A DNA stretch of 64,000 bases from the NCBI GenBank assembly GCA_017822615.1, contig GCA_017822615.1_4530.1. One strand, written 5' to 3'. The number at the start of each line of letters is the position of its first letter. The stretch's first letter is position 1. The stretch is from a phage. Positions 47,563 to 56,396 of this stretch are shown here, piece after piece. The position numbers and the translations under genes were made by a program. The notes beneath the pieces were generated by a model. That model searched no databases, had not been told where the DNA came from, and saw nothing but the letters and a program-made list of their open reading frames with translations.

Positions 47563-47799
47563 TTATTTGTCTTGCTTGTATCTTACAAGGCGATCACACT
47601 CCAGGTCAAGAAATTTCTCCGCATTTCGTTCATGTTTGAGCACAATACATTGTTCTTTCCAGTCTGTAGCTCTTTGCTGCGCTGCTCCTGGGTCAAAATC
47701 CCAAAGCCATGCCGCGAAAAGAACAACCATAACAATTACCAAGAAACTAAACACTATTGGCATTGCACATCCTCCTGTGTAGCATGATCTTTTACCCAT
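47563..47799 (-). CDS. hypothetical membrane-anchored protein
   Basis: Hydrophobic IVFSFLVIVMVVLFAAWL. Confidence 0.5.
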   Translation of the reverse strand: MGKRSCYTGGCAMPIVFSFLVIVMVVLFAAWLWDFDPGAAQQRATDWKEQCIVLKHERNAEKFLDLECDRLVRYKQDK

Positions 47800-48068
47800 T
47801 TTATACGGGCAGCATTCAAATGCAATAGCCCGTTTCTTTGTGCAAAATCATATTTAAACCAATCTCCGTCATCAAACGGGTATTCTTCAGACAACCCTGC
47901 TTCGTGGAATTGCATTTGCATTTCATAATTTAGATCATCATAGCCACCAGACCAAAGATAGAGGCAACTGCACAAACCTTTATCATGCCAGAAAGGATTA
48001 TTATCTGGAGCACCAGCTAACAGCCAATTATGATAGGTTTGATAAAATTCTTTAAGTTCCTCTGACAT
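47754..48068 (-). CDS. GLC/WVK paralog family member
   Basis: KEFYQTYHNWLLAGAPDN...GLCSCL...YPFD...RIKWVKDH. Confidence 0.65.
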   Translation of the reverse strand: MSEELKEFYQTYHNWLLAGAPDNNPFWHDKGLCSCLYLWSGGYDDLNYEMQMQFHEAGLSEEYPFDDGDWFKYDFAQRNGLLHLNAARIKWVKDHATQEDVQCQ

Positions 48069-48266
48069 TTAGCCTCCCGTATGCAGTGTTGAAAGATACA
48101 CAGCAAAAGCATTCTCGGCTGTTTTAACCTCCTCTTCAAGATCTTCACGCTCTGCTGGCGTTAGCGCATTTCGCACAGCAGCGTCTGCTTCTCGGATTTT
48201 TCTTACTAAACGTGAAACATCTTTCAATTGTTGAAAAGTAGCCATAATCTTCCTCCTTTTAGTCAA
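48069..48266 (-). CDS. hypothetical protein
   Basis: ORF track. Confidence 0.5.
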   Translation of the reverse strand: MTKRRKIMATFQQLKDVSRLVRKIREADAAVRNALTPAEREDLEEEVKTAENAFAVYLSTLHTGG

Positions 48267-48558
48267 ACCAGTTGTATTCAGAAGGGTAACGAGCGTAGTT
48301 TGGCTTATACCCCAGCCTTTTCATCTTAACAGACATACGAGTGAAGCCAAAGGTTGTTTTGCCCTTAGACATAAACTTCTTCCCGCTCTTCATTGGCTTC
48401 TTAGGGTTTTTGATCGTCTGGTGTAACGCTCGCGCAAGCCACAAAGTGTATGCGCTCGGCACTTGATTAACTTTCATCTTGTTACCTTTCATCGAAACCT
48501 CCTCAGTGAACTTCGTGCCAAGTGCCAAACTCTTCTGCTGATACTTTAGGAACGGCAT
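48259..48558 (-). CDS. hypothetical basic protein
   Basis: ORF track. Confidence 0.5.
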   Translation of the reverse strand: MPFLKYQQKSLALGTKFTEEVSMKGNKMKVNQVPSAYTLWLARALHQTIKNPKKPMKSGKKFMSKGKTTFGFTRMSVKMKRLGYKPNYARYPSEYNWFD

Positions 48559-48730
48559 GAGTTTCTCGGTATTTGTTTAAAGCTTTCTCAATGGCTGTAG
48601 CAAAAACATCTTGTGATTTATAAGGCATATAATAAGAGCGTCCCATGTATGCCACTGCATCACGTAATTCTTCTGCTTGCTCTTGTGTAACTGTCAATGT
48701 GATAGTAACCATTATTTCACCTCCGACCAA
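48503..48730 (-). CDS. hypothetical protein
   Basis: ORF track. Confidence 0.5.
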   Translation of the reverse strand: MVGGEIMVTITLTVTQEQAEELRDAVAYMGRSYYMPYKSQDVFATAIEKALNKYRETHAVPKVSAEEFGTWHEVH

Positions 48731-49011
48731 TCAATAGTGATCCACTCGTATGCCCCGTTCAGATCCATTTCTTTATAAACAATAAGCCCACGCTCACGAA
48801 GAATTGCTACTGCTTCATCCATCCACTTCACCTGATTGTAGATCTCCCCTGGGTGGGTAGGGGAATTATCCAGACCAAAATCAGATGGCGTGAAATTTCT
48901 TGAAGAGTTTCCCGCTCGTGCTTCAGCAAAACATGTCTCGATCACTTCTTCAACAGGGAAGTTGAAGGAAGCTTCTTTTGCAATACGGCGTAACTGTTCG
49001 GTCAGATTCAT
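48712..49011 (-). CDS. hypothetical protein
   Basis: ORF track. Confidence 0.55.
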   Translation of the reverse strand: MNLTEQLRRIAKEASFNFPVEEVIETCFAEARAGNSSRNFTPSDFGLDNSPTHPGEIYNQVKWMDEAVAILRERGLIVYKEMDLNGAYEWITIDWSEVK

Positions 49012-49038
49012 TTTATTCTCCTTTCGTTGTGCGAAACA

Positions 49039-49476
49039 TTACAGCAGATCTAATGCTTTCAACTCTTCTTTCAATGATTCAGGCAGGTCACATTCAATGT
49101 CAATCAGAGATAACAAGTGACCAACAATGCCTTCCAGATGTTGATACTCACTATAACTTATAAATTCAGAATTGTAAACAGAAACATCCTTAGTTTCTTT
49201 CACAACTTCCCCCGCAGACACGCACATAAAAAAGTTACGCTCTCCGCGAGCTAACAATATCTCCCAACTTCTGAACGGATACTGTCCAGCTTCAATAATA
49301 TCTCCGCTGTCCAATAAAGTCAATGAGCAAACAGACCCTGATTCACTAACATCTTCGACGCGGAAACAAGACCCTTCAATCAAAGCTGCCATTTTGAAAT
49401 TTTCATCAGAGATCATAGAGAAAGCTTCACATGCAGCTTTGCTTTTGAAACAGTAAACAGCATTAATTTTAAACAT
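49039..49476 (-). CDS. hypothetical protein
   Basis: ORF track. Confidence 0.6.
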   Translation of the reverse strand: MFKINAVYCFKSKAACEAFSMISDENFKMAALIEGSCFRVEDVSESGSVCSLTLLDSGDIIEAGQYPFRSWEILLARGERNFFMCVSAGEVVKETKDVSVYNSEFISYSEYQHLEGIVGHLLSLIDIECDLPESLKEELKALDLL

Positions 49477-49488
49477 AACATTCTCCTT

Positions 49489-49947
49489 TTAAACAAAAGA
49501 TACGCCGATGGTAGCAACAACCAAACGTTTATAAACTTCAACCTCTTCTGTAGGATTAGCCATTTTATGCTCCGCTGCTTCTTTCAAAGCTTCTTCATAA
49601 TTTTGAGATCCAGAAATACAGGTGTCACCAGTCATTACAACATACCACTCTTCTTTTGTTGTATCAACAGGTTCTTCTTGGGGTTTTCCACGACCACCAC
49701 GAACACCACCGTCAACAAAATAATCTATATGAGCAGAATTGATTATGTAACGATCCCCATCACCAGCAGTGATAATACCATCTCTCATACCTATTACAAC
49801 CATTGACAAGATATTACCATTTGCATCAGTGCTCAACACCTCGAAAAAATTCTCTCCAATGATAGCCGCAATACTGTTATCAAAGGTAGAATATAGTCGC
49901 ATATAATCCTCATCCTGGAAACGGTAGACATGACCTTCTTTAAACAT
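49489..49947 (-). CDS. hypothetical protein
   Basis: ORF track. Confidence 0.6.
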   Translation of the reverse strand: MFKEGHVYRFQDEDYMRLYSTFDNSIAAIIGENFFEVLSTDANGNILSMVVIGMRDGIITAGDGDRYIINSAHIDYFVDGGVRGGRGKPQEEPVDTTKEEWYVVMTGDTCISGSQNYEEALKEAAEHKMANPTEEVEVYKRLVVATIGVSFV

Positions 49948-50401
49948 TGCTCTCTCCTCCTAGTTCATCATACCATTTCAAAGCGTCTTTTGGAAGCATA
50001 CCAAAATCTTCTTTCAATTCTTTTTCAATCTCTTCTTGCATTTCCATCAGCATTTTCAGTTGGCGTATTTTCTTCCGTAACAAAGCTTCCCGTTCACTGT
50101 TGCTTGGTGTTACTTCGTTTGCTGTTACCATTACATATCCTGTCGGAGAGCAAGGAAGATAATCATCAATATTTTCTAAAGCATAACGATAATTGGAGTC
50201 CAGGAAGTTTACATGCACTCGATCACATCCAAACAACGTGGCACGAAATACTTCATAACGAGTTTCAGATAAGATATGTTGCACACAGACAATGCCTACA
50301 TCATTTTGCACTGCACAGGTTACATTTAATAAACTTGAGTGTTCTTTGACATAATCTACAACACATTGCACATGCGCTTCCAGTATAGATGGTTGTCTCA
50401 T
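49940..50401 (-). CDS. hypothetical protein
   Basis: ORF track. Confidence 0.6.
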   Translation of the reverse strand: MRQPSILEAHVQCVVDYVKEHSSLLNVTCAVQNDVGIVCVQHILSETRYEVFRATLFGCDRVHVNFLDSNYRYALENIDDYLPCSPTGYVMVTANEVTPSNSEREALLRKKIRQLKMLMEMQEEIEKELKEDFGMLPKDALKWYDELGGESNV

Positions 50402-50646
50402 TTTCTACCTCCCCATAATGCTAACATTTTATTGAAAATGGAAACGCGTCGTGCGCGAGATGCCATATCATAATTCATTCTTTCCGTCTCTGCAAGAAAT
50501 TGATCTACTGTAATCAACGCTTCTGTCTTCTCTTTCAGAGTTTGCATATTCATCCATTCACATTCAGAGTACCAATTATCGAAATACAAACTATCGAGAA
50601 GATCCATTGCTGCTTCATTCTGTTGTGGTGTGATCATTGCACACAA
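50398..50646 (-). CDS. hypothetical protein
   Basis: ORF track. Confidence 0.55.
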   Translation of the reverse strand: MCAMITPQQNEAAMDLLDSLYFDNWYSECEWMNMQTLKEKTEALITVDQFLAETERMNYDMASRARRVSIFNKMLALWGGRK

Positions 50647-50649
50647 CCT

Positions 50650-50880
50650 TTAATAGACAATTTCATATTCGTGAGGAAAGAAAACATAATCTTCCCCTTC
50701 TCGTGCATCTATCTCGTCCCAAAACCATTCCTGCACTTCCATCATCTTCGAGAATCGCACATGAGCAAGCCCACTGTATTCCACTGTAGCTTCCAACACA
50801 AGTGGAAATTTTGCATGTGCCAATCCTTTATAACCACCATCATTCTCAATACGAATTTTCATGCGTTTCATGTTATGCAT
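50650..50880 (-). CDS. hypothetical protein (MKIRV/DYVFF pair, member 2)
   Basis: MKIRIENDGG...WFWDEIDAREGEDYVFF parallels 47137..47358. Confidence 0.55.
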   Translation of the reverse strand: MHNMKRMKIRIENDGGYKGLAHAKFPLVLEATVEYSGLAHVRFSKMMEVQEWFWDEIDAREGEDYVFFPHEYEIVY

Positions 50881-51082
50881 CCTTCAGACCCTTAATAAAG
50901 TAACGACCAACCGGATTCCCTCGGAAGTATTCGTTAATGAAATCGATAACACACGTTTCACTGCCTGTCACAACGGACGGCTTAAAGTTTTGGAATTCTA
51001 CAACTACACGGCTGGCTTTAGCCAGTGCTTGCACACGTGTAGGATCAGTCAAGAACATTGTGACAGTTTTCAAATTCTTCAT
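50873..51082 (-). CDS. hypothetical protein
   Basis: ORF track. Confidence 0.5.
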   Translation of the reverse strand: MKNLKTVTMFLTDPTRVQALAKASRVVVEFQNFKPSVVTGSETCVIDFINEYFRGNPVGRYFIKGLKDA

Positions 51083-51131
51083 TTCATCTCCTCATTGGCT
51101 ATCTGTTATGTCATCCATTATACAAACATCT

Positions 51132-51515
51132 TTATTCAATGCAAGCATTATTTGCATCTTCAATCCGATCTTTCACCCACTGAAGACGTAACGTGTTGGT
51201 ATGACACGCCAAGTTTATACACTCTGAAAGGTAATCCATGCAATCCACATTGAACGGAAGATTGTAGTCCAGCCCTGCACATGTAAATTGTTTCCTCATT
51301 TCATATTTCAAACGGTCCAACAAATGATCACGCCATTTTCTATCTTCTTCTCTAGGTGTATCACCAACAAAATCATCTACATAATCTACCAGACAACCAC
51401 ATAAGCCACTCGTTGTGCGATTCATTGCAGGATAGTTGGCAATCCATGCTTTATAGAAGCGAAGCAATGTTGCACTGCTCAATGGAATACTATTTGTCAT
51501 CTTTCTCTCCTTCAT
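51132..51515 (-). CDS. GLC/WVK paralog family member
   Basis: LLRFYKAWIA...SGLCGCL...LPFN...RLQWVKDRI. Confidence 0.65.
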   Translation of the reverse strand: MKERKMTNSIPLSSATLLRFYKAWIANYPAMNRTTSGLCGCLVDYVDDFVGDTPREEDRKWRDHLLDRLKYEMRKQFTCAGLDYNLPFNVDCMDYLSECINLACHTNTLRLQWVKDRIEDANNACIE

Positions 51516-51834
51516 AATCTTGAATTCTATCTAGCACCCATTGTATACGATGTTTGTTTTTATGGCAAATATGTTTTTTATGTTCAAAGGTGTATTCCTC
51601 ATAACCACCTTCATTAAACGGGAAATTGTAATCCAATCCTGCACCAATAAACTGTGATTTCATCTCTTGTTGTAGACGAGGTAACAGTTCATCAGGGTAT
51701 GTTCCCTCTACATACTTAATCAAACATATGCACAAACCACTCGTTGTGTGACCTTCTACCTCACCAGCAAGCCAAGCTTTGTAAAACTTCATTAGACGTA
51801 AACTACTTAACGGAACATTTTTACTCTCTTGCAT
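51490..51834 (-). CDS. GLC/WVK paralog family member
   Basis: LMKFYKAWLA...SGLCICL...FPFN...RIQWVLDRI; RBS gagaggag on reverse strand. Confidence 0.65.
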   Translation of the reverse strand: MQESKNVPLSSLRLMKFYKAWLAGEVEGHTTSGLCICLIKYVEGTYPDELLPRLQQEMKSQFIGAGLDYNFPFNEGGYEEYTFEHKKHICHKNKHRIQWVLDRIQDYEGEKDDK

Positions 51835-52173
51835 GACAATCTCCTCTCATCGTTAGCCATCTTTCATGGCAATCATCAATCACCAACATCATACGATCAA
51901 TCTTAAGGAATTACAATCGATTTATCATAGGGGATTCCTATCAATTATCCCATATATACCGATTATTTTTGACACCCCGCTCTTGTATAAAAAGTAACCC
52001 AAAATATCTACGGGGAGAGATTATTTCGGGACACCCTGTTTCATGGCAATCATGGCAAGAATATCTAATAGAATCAATATCATATGGCAAAAATCATGGC
52101 GCATACGTAAGAAGTGCTTAACGCGAATTTTCGGGCCGTCAGGTCCACGCAGCGACAATTCCCAAATATCATG

Positions 52174-52196
52174 CGAATGAGAATAATTATCATTCG
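52174..52196. promoter_or_regulatory. 23-bp near-perfect palindrome, Fur-box-like operator
   Basis: cgaatgagaataattatcattcg; resembles the GATAATGATAATCATTATC-type AT-rich dyad. Confidence 0.4.
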
Positions 52197-52353
52197 TATT
52201 CAATGACTTATGCAAGGCTCATGCCAACATAGCGACAAGGTGGGCCACCTGATTATAAATCACACAAACACTTATTTATCAATGGCTTGGCAACTTCATC
52301 ATATGACGGAACAATGTCAACTAATCCCGCTCATGACAGACGGACTATTATTT

Positions 52354-52374
52354 ATATGAGAATGATTATTATTT
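52354..52374. promoter_or_regulatory. iteron-like site (ATGAGAATGATT motif)
   Basis: atatgagaatgattattattt shares the ATGAGAATGATT core with the iterons at 63829-63944. Confidence 0.35.
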
Positions 52375-53089
52375 AAACGTTTATTAACATATAAACTAAA
52401 ATAAATCAAGAATTTTCTGATTTTATTTACGTTTAAGAGAACTTGCTCAACATATCGCTACGCGATAGTATTCGCCCCCAAAAGATTAGCCTTTATTTTC
52501 TTGTATGTTTATACACTATGTGCACACTATGCAACCTGTCGCTATTCGCTCATGTTGCTACGTGCAATTATTCATCTTGCTAATGATCTCATCTTGTAAT
52601 TACCACAATGATTATTGTTATTGCGCTAATGTTATGATCTTGGTAATTACATATAATGCTAATAATAAGCCAGCGCAATAAGTGTAAGCGTCATTACGCT
52701 TGCAATTATTGCAAGCTACGCAGTAACAAGAAATAACCGTCACCGATGGTTATGATTGTTGGGGTGTAGTTGGCTTATTATTAGCTCGCTATGTGTCCGG
52801 CATAGCGTGCTAATGATGACTCTGTGAATGATTCGTTTTGTAATGATTTCATTCATGCACTATTTTGCTAATAGTTATTATTTTAATGGTTTCGTTTGTT
52901 ATTGTTCGTTAGTTGGTTGTTTTGTCGTGTTATCGTTATCTTGCTTAGTATTCATCATGGTTTGATTGTTTGTCGTTATCAATCATCTTGCTATTATTCC
53001 TTTGATTATGATTAGTTTGCTTATTGTTTTAGGTTGTTGGTTAGTTAGTTGTTGCGAACTATTATCAACATTATAATTATGCGCTTATA

Positions 53090-53130
53090 TTGCATAGATA
53101 ATCATGGGTAGATGATAATGGTTATCATTG
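53090..53130 (+). promoter_or_regulatory. promoter-like element overlapped by a Fur-box-like site
   Basis: TTGCAT 53090-53095, about 17 nt, GATAAT; gatgataatggttatcattg 53111-53130 matches about 14/19 of the Fur consensus. Confidence 0.35.
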
Positions 53131-53151
53131 CACTAGAAAGGAGGTAAAAGG

Positions 53152-53250
53152 GTGTTTTTGATGGTTTGTTGTTGGTTGTTGATCGATTTTAACCGCTATA
53201 AATGGCTCTCTAACAGCCTGTTACCCTGGGAGGTATGGTTATTCGTTTAA
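53152..53250 (+). CDS. candidate small hydrophobic Trp/Cys-rich peptide (32 aa)
   Basis: AAGGAGG 53138-53144 placed 7 nt before GTG 53152; peptide MFLMVCCWLLIDFNRYKWLSNSLLPWEVWLFV; not in track. Confidence 0.25.
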   Translation: MFLMVCCWLLIDFNRYKWLSNSLLPWEVWLFV

Positions 53251-53333
53251 TGGTTGATTAGCTCGATACCGCGATTTATTCAATTTTGTTCTGTGTCGGT
53301 TTTTCATAGGCGAAAGCTATCAACATTGTTCGG

Positions 53334-53364
53334 GCAAAAAGAAAGGGCGCTTGGTGCGCCCCTT
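53334..53364 (-). terminator. rho-independent terminator (aagggcgc hairpin family)
   Basis: Hairpin aagggcgc-ttggt-gcgcccctt; reverse strand followed by ctttcttttt; ends the early block. Confidence 0.65.
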
Positions 53365-53377
53365 GTTTTGTTGTCAA

Positions 53378-53797
53378 TTATAACGCTTCATAGATTGAGT
53401 AGATCCGGTTTGCCAGGTCATTACGAAAGCGGAATTTTTCATCACGTTTGATCATCAGATCCTTAAAACCGCATTCTTTCAGTGCTTCATTAACTTTATG
53501 GCGGCAAACGTTCATATTATCCTGCGCGTCACCAATAAACTTATTACTGTGATGCATTGCTTTGATCTCTTCCTCTAATACCAGGGCAACTACACGGATC
53601 GGATCAAGCTGATATGCGGTAACATCCATGCGGCATTGTAAACGGCTTTTAACATCGTTTACCGGATACACTGCAACCTCTTCCCCGTCAACGTTCACGA
53701 TAACCAATTTACCATCGATTTCGAAGCCTTTGGCGGCGCTACCGTGACAAAAAGCGTTATCGAAGGAGTAAGCTGGATTATTTGATTTAATGTTCAT
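53378..53797 (-). CDS. hypothetical early protein
   Basis: ORF track; RBS aaggataa on reverse strand. Confidence 0.6.
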   Translation of the reverse strand: MNIKSNNPAYSFDNAFCHGSAAKGFEIDGKLVIVNVDGEEVAVYPVNDVKSRLQCRMDVTAYQLDPIRVVALVLEEEIKAMHHSNKFIGDAQDNMNVCRHKVNEALKECGFKDLMIKRDEKFRFRNDLANRIYSIYEAL

Positions 53798-53842
53798 AGT
53801 GTTATCCTTTGTTTCGTTTCGTTGTTTGCTGCCAGTGAGTTA

Positions 53843-53877
53843 AATATAATATAACGCCGATCCCCTGTCAATAGGGG
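53843..53877 (-). promoter_or_regulatory. sigma70-type promoter with palindrome around -35
   Basis: Reverse strand TTGACA (53866-53871), 17 nt, TATATT (53843-53848); palindrome cccctgtcaatagggg 53862-53877. Confidence 0.55.
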
Positions 53878-53907
53878 ATAGCGCATTATTTACATTTCTT
53901 TACGTTA

Positions 53908-53929
53908 AAGGGCGCTTAGTGCGCCCCTT
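53908..53929 (-). terminator. terminator-like hairpin (aagggcgc family)
   Basis: aagggcgc-ttagt-gcgcccctt just downstream of 53938..54306; weak T-run. Confidence 0.4.
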
Positions 53930-53937
53930 GTATAATC

Positions 53938-54306
53938 TTACTTTGTGCGGTTGTGAACGTTATCGCGTTCAACCATCAGGGCAAGGCGGATCAGTTGATC
54001 AGTTGTATCGCGTAAATTGTCGGGCCATGTTTTACTGTTCCAGCTATCTAAATTTGATTGAATATAGGTTTCAATGGCTTGATCCATATTATCAAACAAG
54101 TTTTCCTCCAGGCTCTCGGCTGTTTCACACTGGAAAGCATTAGCGACACTATTAATCAATAAGCAAGCCAGTAAATCAGCATTACGCCAATTTTTACGGA
54201 TAGTTTCATCTGTCAGATAACCAACGAGATTAACCTTTGCGCCAGTAGTTGACGTTGCGATCACTTCTTGTGCTTTTTCAAGTGCTTTAATTGCTGATTT
54301 GCTCAT
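53938..54306 (-). CDS. hypothetical early protein
   Basis: ORF track. Confidence 0.6.
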   Translation of the reverse strand: MSKSAIKALEKAQEVIATSTTGAKVNLVGYLTDETIRKNWRNADLLACLLINSVANAFQCETAESLEENLFDNMDQAIETYIQSNLDSWNSKTWPDNLRDTTDQLIRLALMVERDNVHNRTK

Positions 54307-54323
54307 TTTATTTTCCTCTTTGT

Positions 54324-54383
54324 GGGCTTGCTGTATTGCTCGCCCTACGCAATAACTATAAGTTAACAGGAGCTATAAAGCAA
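54324..54383 (-). promoter_or_regulatory. early promoter + 5' GC-hairpin cassette (degenerate hairpin)
   Basis: Reverse strand TTGCTT (54378-54383), 17 nt, TATAGT (54355-54360), then TAGGGCG and weak hairpin 54324-54345. Confidence 0.55.
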
Positions 54384-54384
54384 G

Positions 54385-54618
54385 TTATTTTTTATAAAAT
54401 TTTTCTGCTGTGATATTCTTCCCAGTAGGCTTAACCACTTGCAAGATCTTATCATGTGCCGAACGTCCAAAAGAGTAAGATCCGTACACGGTAAACCAAT
54501 AATCCCCGTTAGGTTGAACGGTTACGGCGGCGTACGGTGTACCTCTTTCATTATCCCCGATAAAGTGAGAAACATTACCGTTAACATTTGGTGTAGTGCT
54601 TTTAATTTGTTCGATCAT
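54385..54618 (-). CDS. hypothetical early protein
   Basis: ORF track. Confidence 0.6.
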   Translation of the reverse strand: MIEQIKSTTPNVNGNVSHFIGDNERGTPYAAVTVQPNGDYWFTVYGSYSFGRSAHDKILQVVKPTGKNITAEKFYKK

Positions 54619-54639
54619 GATATGACTCCTAAATCAGAT

Positions 54640-54695
54640 GGGAAACATTCCCGCCCTACGTGATAAATAATAATGTAAGCGTGATCCGGTGTCAA
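54640..54695 (-). promoter_or_regulatory. early promoter + 5' GC-hairpin cassette
   Basis: Reverse strand TTGACA (54690-54695), 17 nt, TATTAT (54667-54672), TAGGGCGG, hairpin gggaa-aca-ttccc 54640-54652. Confidence 0.6.
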
Positions 54696-55007
54696 TAGGT
54701 GGGATTGTAAAGATTTGATAGTTTATCTCTTTGATGTTTTGTTGTTTGATAGGTGTTAGCTATCAATATATAGCGGGGTCTTCCGGTGATTATCTTCCCC
54801 TGCTCCCAGGTGCCGCCCGTTCAATAAGTATAACAAAAAACAGGACTATTGCAAGCCCTGTTTATTTATCTTAAAACCAGTTGCCAACCGTTTCTAATAG
54901 GTCGCTGACTACCAGGACAACATTGATCAGCACATGTTCAACCATGAAGGGAATAAGCGCCAGCGTTGCTACTACGATCCCCATTGTGATGATTACCTTT
55001 CTCATGG

Positions 55008-55292
55008 TTAGCGGCTTACGTAAGCTTTACCGTTTACGGTCATCGGTATGGCCTCAAGGTCTGGATCTTCCTTAAGGTCGCGTGCAAGCTCACCGCACCG
55101 GATACCCTCGAATCCGTAGTACTCTGTTGTGCCATCCTGGAAAGTTTTAGCGGCAAGGCATAGGCGATAATTAACACCGATCCGGTTCACTGCGTTGATA
55201 TCGGTTAACGTGATGGATTCAGGCAACTCATTAGCCAGTACAGGCGCGTTAATACCAACAACCAGGGCAACTACTGCGATCATCTTTTTCAT
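55008..55292 (-). CDS. secreted early protein (signal peptide)
   Basis: MKKMIAVVALVVGINAPVLA signal-peptide-like N-terminus. Confidence 0.6.
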   Translation of the reverse strand: MKKMIAVVALVVGINAPVLANELPESITLTDINAVNRIGVNYRLCLAAKTFQDGTTEYYGFEGIRCGELARDLKEDPDLEAIPMTVNGKAYVSR

Positions 55293-55322
55293 GCTTTCTA
55301 GCCTCTTCCTATTGCGTTTAAT

Positions 55323-55338
55323 GGGGCGTTACCGCCCC
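55323..55338 (-). promoter_or_regulatory. intercistronic GC hairpin (no promoter)
   Basis: ggggcg-ttac-cgcccc between the stop at 55348 and the next RBS. Confidence 0.5.
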
Positions 55339-55347
55339 GCTTATGGT

Positions 55348-55584
55348 TTATTGATTGATGTTATAATGAAAGTTATTTTCTTCAATAGCTTTTAAAATAA
55401 AAGCTGTGATCGCTTTCGTGTCTACTTGTTCGAACGTATCAGAATAGCACCAATAATGATCATCCCCTACTTTCGGCGGGTAAACCTGGACAAGGAGATC
55501 GCCACCTGGTTGATCTATAAGCTCAACATGCAAGCCGGATGATTCAGCGGTTTTAACGGCGTTTAATACTGTTGCAATACTCAT
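55348..55584 (-). CDS. hypothetical early protein
   Basis: ORF track. Confidence 0.6.
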   Translation of the reverse strand: MSIATVLNAVKTAESSGLHVELIDQPGGDLLVQVYPPKVGDDHYWCYSDTFEQVDTKAITAFILKAIEENNFHYNINQ

Positions 55585-55604
55585 AATCTTTTCCTTTCTG
55601 ATGT

Positions 55605-55620
55605 GGGGCGTTGCCGCCCC
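55605..55620 (-). promoter_or_regulatory. intercistronic GC hairpin (no promoter)
   Basis: ggggcg-ttgc-cgcccc, 8 nt after the upstream stop and about 20 nt before the next RBS. Confidence 0.5.
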
Positions 55621-55628
55621 TTTGTTGA

Positions 55629-55928
55629 TTAGATCGCTGTTTCCAGTAGTTCGGCTAACGTCTTACCGCCTGATAGTTGGTCTAACGTTTGCTCTTCTGG
55701 CAAGAAATTAGCTGATATTAAACCGACTTGATTCCCTTTGTGCCAGTTAGCCTGGCGGATGATTCCATCCTTTAAAGATTTTACCGCCATTGTGCAACCG
55801 TCGCCAAATGATTCATTTTTATGATCCATTACTTCATAAGCGCCCAGCTTGCTGCTGTTAGGCACCATTAACGCGAATACATCACCAACAACCAGTTTTT
55901 CTACGGTAACAATAGCGATAGTTTCCAT
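55629..55928 (-). CDS. hypothetical early protein
   Basis: ORF track. Confidence 0.6.
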   Translation of the reverse strand: METIAIVTVEKLVVGDVFALMVPNSSKLGAYEVMDHKNESFGDGCTMAVKSLKDGIIRQANWHKGNQVGLISANFLPEEQTLDQLSGGKTLAELLETAI

Positions 55929-55947
55929 TTTACTTTCCTCATTATCG

Positions 55948-56003
55948 GCGGCACCATTGCCGCCCTACGTGGTAAATATTAGCACACTGGCGATCTGTGT
56001 CAA
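55948..56003 (-). promoter_or_regulatory. early promoter + 5' GC-hairpin cassette
   Basis: Reverse strand TTGACA (55998-56003); hairpin gcggca-ccat-tgccgc 55948-55963; 35-nt segment identical to 61609-61642. Confidence 0.6.
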
Positions 56004-56009
56004 TACTTT

Positions 56010-56396
56010 TTATTCAATATAAATCAAATTATCTTCACCAATGTAAGCCGACACGTCCGGCATGAATTTAGCGGCATTTGTTAGGCGGTTCGCCGTGTTA
56101 GTGGTGTATATTTCAGGGCGATCCCAAAAGCCTACGCCGTGACTGTTACGGGTAAAATGTAAATCATTCCCGATCTGGTTGGCTGTTGCGCCGTCGCTCA
56201 TTGCCTCAGAGATAGCGGCAAGATTAGCATTAATAAAGGCTGTTACATCCTGGGCGATCCGTTGATCCGCGCTAGGAGAAAAATCATAATCGTCTAAGTT
56301 ATCAATAAAATTACCTTCATGATCCCTTGCTGATTCAGCAAAAATAAAGGCTTCTTTATAGCCGTTGATGATTTCGTTAATGATTTCTGTTTTCAT
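56010..56396 (-). CDS. hypothetical early protein
   Basis: ORF track. Confidence 0.6.
   Translation of the reverse strand: MKTEIINEIINGYKEAFIFAESARDHEGNFIDNLDDYDFSPSADQRIAQDVTAFINANLAAISEAMSDGATANQIGNDLHFTRNSHGVGFWDRPEIYTTNTANRLTNAAKFMPDVSAYIGEDNLIYIE

Larger units (their letters stand above)
51835..53377. other. 1.5-kb gene-poor regulatory hub / candidate origin-proximal region
   Basis: No long ORF; T/G-rich strand-skewed low-complexity stretch (about 52850-53060); repeated tttcatggcaatcat (51862 and 52040); overlapping palindromes 52686-52716; Fur-box-like palindromes. Confidence 0.5.

Noticed and set aside
35366-51253. Plus-strand track ORFs inside the minus-strand block (35366..35614, 39586..39798, 41406..41750, 47379..47782, 49930..50349, 50500..51253 and others)
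   Set aside because: Each is antisense to tightly packed minus-strand genes that have RBSs and overlapping start/stop codons; no supporting signals.
37852-53377. tRNA genes in the two larger non-coding regions
   Set aside because: No T-arm (GTTCRANYC) or D-arm (TAGCTCAGTTGG-like) signatures found by eye; a tRNAscan-type search would be needed to exclude them formally.
52021-53451. Track ORFs 52021..52215 (-) and 53254..53451 (+) in the non-coding hub
   Set aside because: No RBS; they overlap palindromic and repeat elements and a terminator hairpin; composition-driven open frames.
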